Origin: Minisyncoccia bacterium
Lineage (GTDB): Bacteria; Patescibacteriota; Minisyncoccia; Phycocordibacterales; UBA1006
DNA length: 64,000 nt
NCBI GenBank assembly: GCA_044229075.1
Contig: JBGATS010000003.1
Span: forward strand, 12,372-76,371
Direction of reading: 5' to 3'
In this document: one piece after another, positions 28,944 to 35,824 of the stretch
Position numbering within the stretch: the stretch's first letter is position 1
How the letters are laid out: every line of letters begins with the position of its first letter
Notes under the pieces: generated by a model
Seen by the model: the letters and a program-made list of their open reading frames with translations, nothing else
The model's database searches: none
Told to the model about the DNA's origin: nothing
Translations under genes and position numbers: made by a program

Positions 28944-29020
28944 TTTTATAAAACTGGAGCTGTTGCCCGGGATTGAACCGGGGACCTCTTCCTTACCATG
29001 GAAGTGCTCTACCAGCTGAG
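28944..29020 (-). tRNA. tRNA-Thr (anticodon GGT), CCA encoded
   Basis: RC gives GCTGTTG-TA-GCTC-AGCTGGTA-GAGC-A-CTTCC-ATGGTAA-GGAAG-AGGTC-CCCGG-TTCAATC-CCGGG-CAACAGC-T-CCA. Confidence 0.9.
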
Positions 29021-29199
29021 CTACAACAGCAAAAAATAAGACGGGTGAGCCGTTACGCACTCTTTAAATGATTTACTGCTTCCAAGTAAACATCCCCGCC
29101 CGATAATAAATTATCTACCTGTAAAAATAATCACGATTAGCAACTGAAAATCGTTGTGTTTATTTTCTTGAAAAGGTAATGAGATATTATCACAACCCC

Positions 29200-29227
29200 T
29201 TGAAAAATTCAAGAAATTGAGTATACT
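29200..29227 (+). promoter_or_regulatory. sigma70-like promoter for the tRNA-Met/tRNA-Asp cluster (TTGAAA, 16 nt spacer, TATACT)
   Basis: ttgaaa at 29200-29205, then a 16-nt spacer, then tatact at 29222-29227. The tRNA starts 22 nt later. Confidence 0.55.
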
Positions 29228-29248
29228 CCTACAAGTGTAATTTTTTTG

Positions 29249-29322
29249 TCGGGGTAGCTCAGCTGGTTAGAGCGTAGCATTCATAACGCTAAGGTCGTGG
29301 GTTCAAGTCCCACCCTCGACAC
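29249..29322 (+). tRNA. tRNA with CAT anticodon (elongator Met, or Ile2 if lysidine-modified)
   Basis: GTCGGGG-TA-GCTC-AGCTGGTTA-GAGC-G-TAGCA-TTCATAA-CGCTA-AGGTC-GTGGG-TTCAAGT-CCCAC-CCTCGAC-A. C11:G24 is elongator-type. There is one A:C mismatch at the bottom of the anticodon stem. Confidence 0.8.
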
Positions 29323-29408
29323 CTTGTTTTATACGTTCTCAGTGTATAAAGCGAAAAATGTTTTCAAAAGTTGAAATAAATTGAATATATGATAGTATTA
29401 CCATTATT

Positions 29409-29482
29409 GCAGTGGTAGCTCAGCTGGTTAGAGCATCCGCCTGTCACGCGGAAGGTCGAGGGTTCAAGTCCCTTTCACTGCG
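29409..29482 (+). tRNA. tRNA-Asp (anticodon GTC)
   Basis: GCAGTGG-TA-GCTC-AGCTGGTTA-GAGC-A-TCCGC-CTGTCAC-GCGGA-AGGTC-GAGGG-TTCAAGT-CCCTT-TCACTGC-G (G73 discriminator as expected for Asp). Confidence 0.9.
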
Positions 29483-29526
29483 CATAACAAAAAACCTCTT
29501 ATCACAAGAGGTTTTTTGTTATGCGC
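29480..29526. terminator. long perfect palindrome / bidirectional terminator
   Basis: gcgcataacaaaaaacctctt-atcac-aagaggttttttgttatgcgc, a 21-bp arm inverted repeat with a GC-rich core and A/T runs, shared by the tRNA operon (+) and the 503-aa gene (-). Confidence 0.7.
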
Positions 29527-29528
29527 TT

Positions 29529-31040
29529 TTAGCTTATTAGAACACCATTATCAAGTTTCATTTCCCCTTCATCGCAACCTACGATCTCGTTTGCGCGATT
29601 ACGTGAAGATTGGTACCACCATCCTGTTGGTGCTTCCAACCCCCATGGGTCCATAATCTCTGACCGTTCTTTTAGTTGGAACGCTTTTACTGCACGCTCT
29701 GTTGCACGGGTATATATCCCTGATACTAATAGGTGTGCGTTCATTTCCTTGTTGAGAAATTCTTGAATTTTTTTCACCTCAGAAATAGGGTTAAGTTTTC
29801 CGTATTTTACATAATGAGTAAAATGAGGACATGCTAGATCTACAGCATTATTTGTGTCGATTTTTGGAGGAGTGACTGGTATTGGATTTGTTGATAAGAA
29901 CCCAGTTGAGCCTCCTGTAGTTACATTAAAATCATTGTCGATAATAGTCACGTTAATTTTTTGTTCGATTTCATGGTAAAAACCATCACTTGACTCAGTA
30001 GTTATGGTAAGTATTCCATTATGTTCACCTTCTACAAGAGTATCATCAATTGCAGAAACAGTGATTAAATATGGTTGATTCCAGTCGTTACAAACATCTA
30101 TTTCTCCACTTTCAGATTTCGTTGCTTCTGCTTTTTTTATACCAAGGATAGATGTTGCTCGTGCTGATTTTTCTTCTGAAATGGAAGCTTCTTCTGCACT
30201 CTTCACCTCTTTCACTCCTCCACAACCAGCTTTTCCGCAACCTCCTCCTGTTTCAGTAGTAGGTTTAAAACATAATTGTTTTGGTCCTACATCTAACTGT
30301 CCATCTGGATCGATTGTTACATATACTTTATCAGTAGGATTTTCTGGAAGAGATATTCCAAAAGTATCAGTTTCACCAGACTCACTTACTTGATGAGTTG
30401 ACGAACTTATTACTAATGACCGTTTATCATTATCAATAATTGGTACTGCAAATTTTTGAGAACTGAATGTATACAAACTCTCATTTGATATAACTGTAGG
30501 AATAATTACTGTAGTATGAGCTCCTTCTATGTCATTATCATCAATTGCAGAAACCGGAATAATAAATGGATTATCCCAAGTATGGCATGTCGATGGATCA
30601 GGGAAAGTAGCCTGAGCGGAAACAGTTTTTACAAAATTAAATGCTGATTCAGCCTTTTTCTCGAGAGCAGGAGCTTCTAGAGCACTTTCGGAAGACTCTT
30701 TTACTTCTGGGATAAATGCTGCTTCATCAATTTTTACACTTGATTCTCCGGTAATCACTTTTTCTGTTACTTGTTTTGTTGTTTCTATCATCTCTCCACT
30801 ACTCTCCATAAATTCACCTTTAACAGCACCCTCTTTTGGATCAGTAGCTTCTGCTGGGTTGATAAAACAAACTGAAGACACTCCCAAGGTTGCCTGTGCA
30901 TCTGGAGTCAATTGTAATACCACCATAGGAACAGCTTCTGTAGATGTTCCTAATGCTTGACTTAATCGAATAGACACAGAGCCGACTGTACCTGATTCTG
31001 ATGCTTCTTGATTAATCGAAGTTATAATGTGGGGGGTCAA
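29529..31040 (-). CDS. secreted/cell-surface protein with two Calx-beta-like domains and a C-terminal peptidoglycan-binding-like domain (body of a gene whose signal/TM segment is in ORF 31012-31218)
   Basis: Repeats ...VSAIDDNDIEGAHTTVII... and ...VSAIDDTLVEGEHNGILTI...IIDND (Calx-beta-like). C-terminus CPHFTHYVKYG...VKKIQEFLN...GIYTRATERAVKAFQ...PWGLEAPTGWWY...ANEIVGC is shared with three neighbouring genes. TTG start directly after a G6 run. Confidence 0.6.
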   Translation of the reverse strand: MTPHIITSINQEASESGTVGSVSIRLSQALGTSTEAVPMVVLQLTPDAQATLGVSSVCFINPAEATDPKEGAVKGEFMESSGEMIETTKQVTEKVITGESSVKIDEAAFIPEVKESSESALEAPALEKKAESAFNFVKTVSAQATFPDPSTCHTWDNPFIIPVSAIDDNDIEGAHTTVIIPTVISNESLYTFSSQKFAVPIIDNDKRSLVISSSTHQVSESGETDTFGISLPENPTDKVYVTIDPDGQLDVGPKQLCFKPTTETGGGCGKAGCGGVKEVKSAEEASISEEKSARATSILGIKKAEATKSESGEIDVCNDWNQPYLITVSAIDDTLVEGEHNGILTITTESSDGFYHEIEQKINVTIIDNDFNVTTGGSTGFLSTNPIPVTPPKIDTNNAVDLACPHFTHYVKYGKLNPISEVKKIQEFLNKEMNAHLLVSGIYTRATERAVKAFQLKERSEIMDPWGLEAPTGWWYQSSRNRANEIVGCDEGEMKLDNGVLIS

Positions 31041-31218
31041 CTTCCTCTTTTCCTTTCCCTAAAATTGCATTTGGACTAAAGAAAATAGAGTAAAGCATTA
31101 TAAACAATAAACAAGCAGCAATAAATAATACGGGTGCATGTTTATGTAGTTGGATTGATTCACTGCCATGTTCACTATTTTTCATATATAGATAAAAATA
31201 TTTATAAACTAATAACAT
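31012..31218 (-). CDS. N-terminal signal/TM fragment (68 aa), probably the true 5-prime end of the 29529-31040 gene separated by a frameshift at a C6 (G6 on plus) homopolymer
   Basis: MKNSEHGSESIQLHKHAPVLFIAACLLFIMLYSIFFSPNAILGKG... (TM helix). It overlaps the next ORF by 29 nt. Removing one C from cccccc (31031-31036) gives an in-frame fusion ...EEVDPHIITSINQ. Confidence 0.5.
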   Translation of the reverse strand: MLLVYKYFYLYMKNSEHGSESIQLHKHAPVLFIAACLLFIMLYSIFFSPNAILGKGKEEVDPPHYNFD

Positions 31219-31302
31219 TCATAGTATACACTACAATAATAATTATTTGCAAGAAAAAAGAAATTATGATATCCTTCAAAGGTTGCTTTCGCAATATTTT
31301 AT

Positions 31303-31373
31303 AGCGGGATAGAGTAATGGTATCTCGTCAGGCTCATAACCTGAAGACCCCGGTTCGAATCCGGGTCCCGCAA
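31303..31373 (+). tRNA. initiator-like tRNA-fMet (anticodon CAT) with unpaired 1:72 (A1 opposite A72) and A11:U24
   Basis: A-GCGGGA-TA-GAGT-AATGGTA-TCTC-G-TCAGG-CTCATAA-CCTGA-AGAC-CCCGG-TTCGAAT-CCGGG-TCCCGC-A-A. Unpaired 1:72 and A11:U24 are bacterial initiator hallmarks. Anticodon stem base AGG:CCU. Only 71 nt with a 4-nt variable loop, and no CCA. Confidence 0.6.
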
Positions 31374-31387
31374 CATTAATGAAAAAT

Positions 31388-31414
31388 CCTCAATATAGAG
31401 CACTGAAGTATTTA
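31388..31414 (+). other. recurrent intergenic hairpin motif, copy 4 (AATAT-AGAGCACTGAA-GTATT)
   Basis: Same motif as 28881-28905 with a C-to-U change that keeps pairing as a G-U wobble. Lies between the initiator tRNA and a terminator. Confidence 0.4.
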
Positions 31415-31423
31415 TTTACAGAA

Positions 31424-31450
31424 TAAAAAACATCATACTGATGTTTTTTT
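31424..31450. terminator. bidirectional rho-independent terminator
   Basis: aaaaaacatca-tact-gatgttttttt. Confidence 0.6.
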
Positions 31451-31455
31451 GTAGT

Positions 31456-31977
31456 TTATTGAGCTTGTATCCCGTTTGTTTCTTGTGGTGATAATGAGGT
31501 ATTTCCAGGGGTAGATTTTGTTTGATCAAATGTTACCGGGCCAACATTTACAATCATTTTTCGTTCTGGACTGTAGATAATTGCCTTCCCCAATTGTGGG
31601 TATACTAATAATTTATCACCCTTTTGTGCGCCAGCAAAAAATGCTTGTTGATTGGTGAGTAGTACAGGATCTTGGATATCAAAAATTGCAGGGACATCAG
31701 ATTCTGGGAGCACCATAATCTTTTTTACTTCTTTTACTAATCGAACAGTTTCTGCTTGTACTCGTTTTTCTGATGCTTTTTTTGAAAGATTAAATTTGTA
31801 ATAGAATCCTGCCAAAACTACAATGATAATTCCAAGAATCGCAAGAATTGTTTTTTGTTTTGTAGAAAAAGAATTTTTTTTCTTACCCACAGACTGTTGA
31901 TTATCGAAACTGTTTTCATGAACAGCTGTGTTAGTAATTTCTTCGTTCATAAATTCGCTCATTTTTTTTGTAGTCAT
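31456..31977 (-). CDS. membrane-anchored hypothetical protein (173 aa)
   Basis: TM helix ILAILGIIIVVLAGFYY followed by a soluble domain. Confidence 0.4.
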   Translation of the reverse strand: MTTKKMSEFMNEEITNTAVHENSFDNQQSVGKKKNSFSTKQKTILAILGIIIVVLAGFYYKFNLSKKASEKRVQAETVRLVKEVKKIMVLPESDVPAIFDIQDPVLLTNQQAFFAGAQKGDKLLVYPQLGKAIIYSPERKMIVNVGPVTFDQTKSTPGNTSLSPQETNGIQAQ

Positions 31978-31999
31978 AAATAAATATAATAGACATTAA

Positions 32000-33367
32000 T
32001 TAATAATTTGGACACCCGACAATTTCATTTGCTTTACGTTTTGAATACGTTGCCCAGATACCTGTTACATTTGGTAATCCTGCAGCAGTAATGATGTCGG
32101 TATAATATTTTTGATGATACCGTTTTACAGTTCTCATAACAGCGGGTGTGTAGACAATCCCTTTTTTTAATTTTGCATCAGGGAACTCAGTATTTAAGAA
32201 ATTAATAATCCTGGAAACATCCCCGCCAATACTTCCTAATCGGTGATGTTTTGTAAATACCGGACATCGATTTGTAGTGGTTGGTTTTTCAATAACTACT
32301 TTTTCATAATAGGAAGGACACATGAAACTGTTAATTTTTGCAACGGTTGTTTTGTAGACATAACCTGTTGGACTACTTGTCCCCCATGGACCCAAAACAT
32401 CATTCATATACTTTGCCTGGAACCGTTTTACTGCGAGGTAATCAACTTTTTTATACCTTCCATCAATAACGAGTTTTTCTCCTTCGTGTTCCTTAAGGAA
32501 TTTTTGTAATTTACGAACCTCGACAGGATCATTTTTTGCACCTAATTTTATATATTTTAAAAGGTAGGGTCCACACTGATTATTGTTGATTATTGGTTGT
32601 GTTGGATTAACAGGTGTTGTAGTAGGTGCTACACAGAAACCGTTACTGTAGACAAGTGGGGCTATGCAACTACCTCCTCCGCCCCCAGAAGATCCACCAC
32701 CTCCACCACCTGAACTATTTACCTCATCAGTATCAAGAGAACTCGAACATCCAGGGTCCGACGGATAATCAATGAGTGCGTCTCCATCATTATCAATTCC
32801 GTCAGAACATGCATATATTGTACGGTACGGGATAGCTCGCCAATCTGTTTTTACACAAGTACCTGTTCCTGTACAATCAAATTTCATCCAACCACCATGC
32901 GCGCCGGATACCCATGCCCAACCTTGAAAATTACTACCAGCACCATTATCCACAAGTGTAACTCCGACAATTGCCCCTCCGGGTGCCGTAGTTGGTGAAA
33001 AGTTAATCCAGCTCCCTACATTTGCATATGCCTTTCCTGAAAGAGTGCCTGTTGTGGGATTTACTATCACACCAGCACCAGTTGGCGACATAGTAATCCA
33101 TCCAACTTCATTTCCCCATGCGTGCCCAGTAATTCCTGTATCAGTAATAGTCACCGCTGTGGCCCCTGGTGTATTACTATTTAATGTTGGTTTAAAGTTA
33201 ACCAAACCAAATACAGAACATGTGGTGTCCTTGCAAATTTTTGTTGTGGTATATCCTAGATCAATAGTACCAACTGTTACCGAAGCAACTGCTACACTAC
33301 TTAACGAGAATATACCCAGTGTAATACCGAAAAATAAATATATACTTTGAAGAAAAGATATTTTCAT
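32000..33367 (-). CDS. secreted cell-surface protein with two tandem C-terminal PG-binding-like domains and a Cys/Asp-rich Ca-binding-like segment
   Basis: Signal peptide MKISFLQSIYLFFGITLGIFSLSSVAVA. CSDGIDNDGDALIDYPSDPGC plus a Gly-rich linker. Two copies of the C..(F/Y)T.(Y/H)..G.....V..(I/L)Q.FL...PWG..(A/S)PTG.(W/Y)Y...ANEIVGC module. Confidence 0.55.
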   Translation of the reverse strand: MKISFLQSIYLFFGITLGIFSLSSVAVASVTVGTIDLGYTTTKICKDTTCSVFGLVNFKPTLNSNTPGATAVTITDTGITGHAWGNEVGWITMSPTGAGVIVNPTTGTLSGKAYANVGSWINFSPTTAPGGAIVGVTLVDNGAGSNFQGWAWVSGAHGGWMKFDCTGTGTCVKTDWRAIPYRTIYACSDGIDNDGDALIDYPSDPGCSSSLDTDEVNSSGGGGGGSSGGGGGSCIAPLVYSNGFCVAPTTTPVNPTQPIINNNQCGPYLLKYIKLGAKNDPVEVRKLQKFLKEHEGEKLVIDGRYKKVDYLAVKRFQAKYMNDVLGPWGTSSPTGYVYKTTVAKINSFMCPSYYEKVVIEKPTTTNRCPVFTKHHRLGSIGGDVSRIINFLNTEFPDAKLKKGIVYTPAVMRTVKRYHQKYYTDIITAAGLPNVTGIWATYSKRKANEIVGCPNY

Positions 33368-33434
33368 TACTTATAAGTATATCATAAAAACATTATTAGA
33401 AAATACTATTCTTGATAGAGGGAAAACAAGGCCG

Positions 33435-33463
33435 TAAAAAAAGCCACTGTCAAGTGGTTTTTT
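33435..33463. terminator. rho-independent terminator
   Basis: aaaaaaagccact-gtca-agtggtttttt. Confidence 0.6.
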
Positions 33464-33470
33464 ATAGTTT

Positions 33471-35765
33471 TTATTTACCGCAACTATTATTAATCAATGA
33501 TCGAGTAATAGGCCCTACGAGTCCATCTTGATCGGTACCAAGGAATTTTTGCATTCTCTTGATAGCCCCATCAGTAATGGGACCGAGAATACCATCAACT
33601 GGTCCGCTATTGAAACCAAGTCTGTTCATGTGTGTTTGGAGTATTTTTACTTCACGAAGAATTTCTTTATTCGCAATAGTTACTCGAGAATAATTATTAA
33701 TACGACCATTACGAGCACCCATTTTCATATTTTGGGTAATTAATAAATCACTTGAACACTGTCCTGGATTTCCAAGGATTGGTGTTGTACTTGTAATTAC
33801 AGGAGAAGAAGTTGTAGTATTTGGTCTCGGTGTACAGAATGTAGTAATTGTTGTAGAACAATACTGAACTCCACCTCCAGATGAAACAGAGGGTGCTATA
33901 TAATTAAAATTACCTGTTACTGACGGCGAAGCCCCTCCTGCATTTGTTTGAATTATTGTAATAACTGCAGGGTTTGCAGAAAGAGTAATCGGTGTTGTAT
34001 AGGTTCCACCTATAGCACAAACTACTGTAGTTGGGTTTGGCGTAAGAGCACTTGAAGTAAGGGTTACAGTTGCACCTGCTTCACATGTACCACTTGCGGT
34101 GCCAGCTGTTGCTGACGTTGGGGTAATTGTCACTGTTGGCACACTTGGGATAAATGTTACTGTTCGTGTAATAATATTTGAATTCGTATCTTGTCGATTT
34201 CCTATACTATCAATAACTCCTGTTGGCGAAATGCCAAATGGAATCGATACTGTAAGTGGTCCACTTGCTATTGGTGTAATATCAACAGTATACGGACCTG
34301 ACCCTGACCCAACAATATTTGAAGCGGTTCCATTCGTCACAGAAATATCTGAAAGAGTAAGTTCTGAAATTGATTCATTTGGAGTAATAGTAACGGTAAA
34401 TAATCCTGTCACTGTTGCTGGCGCTGTTGTTGAGAGTACAATTATTGGTGCTGTTGCGTCGATTGTAAACGACGAAAGCGTAAGGGTATTTGAAATATTA
34501 CCCGCAGCGTCTGTTACTGTGATAGTACATGCTACATAGGTACCGTTTGCAAGTGCATTTAATGTTATTGTATTGCTTCCCGCCGTTGCTGTTGTGGTAG
34601 CACTTGAGCAAGAACCTCCATAGGTAATAGTCCCTGCCTCGTTAGTAGTAAATGTATAGTTTGGGGTAGTATCGTTGGTAGGAGTTGTGACTGCAGTTAC
34701 TTCTGAGATGGTGGGTGTGGTAGTATCGTAGGTAACAGTATTATCAGTGCTTGTTGCTACTAGATTCGGATTTCCATTTACGTCGGTCACCATATTCGCT
34801 GCAAGTGATACGATAATCGTTCCATTTCCTGTAGTAGTAACAGGAATAGTCCACGTAATATTGTCAGTTGTTGTAGGTGTTCCTACGGTTCCAGCACCTG
34901 TTCCTGATAACACAATATCACTTGCAGTAAGTGTTGCAGGATTAATTGCTTCAGAAAAAATAGCTGTAAAGCTTAGCGCGCTGTTATTAGTTGGATCTGC
35001 TTGCCCACCTGATTGGTTGATAGTTACTGTTGGCTGTGTTACATCAAAAGTACATGCACTTGCCCCATAAGGAGTAGTATTATTTACCCAGTTACTACTG
35101 TTTGCAAGCGACCCAAGAAGTGTACTTGAAAAAAATCCCGCTTCTATACAACTATACTGAAAATTATCAGGAGAACCCAGAGATATTGCCGTTGTTCCAA
35201 GTGAAAGCGGTGATGGGACCCACGAATTGTTCGATGATGGTGGAACACTTGAAGTCCATGTCGTAGCACCTGCCCATCCAACACCATAAATAAACAAAGG
35301 TACCGCGGCTGTCCCTTGAAAAACAAGAAGGTTGTCTCCACTTGTTGCAAAATCCATAGTATTGGAACCGCTTGCAACACCCAAGGCTCCTGTTGCACCA
35401 TCAATCGAAAACATGTCCCATGTTCCTGGAGCGCCTGCAATTAAAGAGTCATCAAAATGGACAATGGTTCCTGCAGTAATTGCGGACGGTGCCGTAAAAC
35501 GAACAACTCCCTCGGAAAGTCCTGACCGCCAAAAAGGAACCCCCAGTGAACCATCCCAACCTTTATCAGTAAAATAAATTACTGTACCTGCATCAATATC
35601 AACCCGAGATACGAAATCAAATCCATTTGTTGATGGGTAAGTACCTGTGGCATTTGCAGTGATAATAACAAGATCACCTGGTAATAATACTGTTGCAGCA
35701 AAACTAATACGCGGAAGTATTACCAACGCAAGAACTGCAAAAAATGTAATTAATATTTTTTTCAT
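33471..35765 (-). CDS. secreted T/S-rich Ig-like-repeat surface protein with canonical C-terminal peptidoglycan-binding domain (PG_binding_1-like)
   Basis: Signal peptide MKKILITFFAVLALVILPRISFA. Long T/S/V-rich beta-repeat region. C-terminus VKILQTHMNRLGFNSGPVDGILGPITDGAIKRMQKFLGTDQDGLVGPITRSLI matches PG_binding_1. Confidence 0.6.
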   Translation of the reverse strand: MKKILITFFAVLALVILPRISFAATVLLPGDLVIITANATGTYPSTNGFDFVSRVDIDAGTVIYFTDKGWDGSLGVPFWRSGLSEGVVRFTAPSAITAGTIVHFDDSLIAGAPGTWDMFSIDGATGALGVASGSNTMDFATSGDNLLVFQGTAAVPLFIYGVGWAGATTWTSSVPPSSNNSWVPSPLSLGTTAISLGSPDNFQYSCIEAGFFSSTLLGSLANSSNWVNNTTPYGASACTFDVTQPTVTINQSGGQADPTNNSALSFTAIFSEAINPATLTASDIVLSGTGAGTVGTPTTTDNITWTIPVTTTGNGTIIVSLAANMVTDVNGNPNLVATSTDNTVTYDTTTPTISEVTAVTTPTNDTTPNYTFTTNEAGTITYGGSCSSATTTATAGSNTITLNALANGTYVACTITVTDAAGNISNTLTLSSFTIDATAPIIVLSTTAPATVTGLFTVTITPNESISELTLSDISVTNGTASNIVGSGSGPYTVDITPIASGPLTVSIPFGISPTGVIDSIGNRQDTNSNIITRTVTFIPSVPTVTITPTSATAGTASGTCEAGATVTLTSSALTPNPTTVVCAIGGTYTTPITLSANPAVITIIQTNAGGASPSVTGNFNYIAPSVSSGGGVQYCSTTITTFCTPRPNTTTSSPVITSTTPILGNPGQCSSDLLITQNMKMGARNGRINNYSRVTIANKEILREVKILQTHMNRLGFNSGPVDGILGPITDGAIKRMQKFLGTDQDGLVGPITRSLINNSCGK

Positions 35766-35824
35766 AGTATATAAATTATATCATAATAATAAAAAACACC
35801 TAACAGTGTTTTTTATTCATCTAT

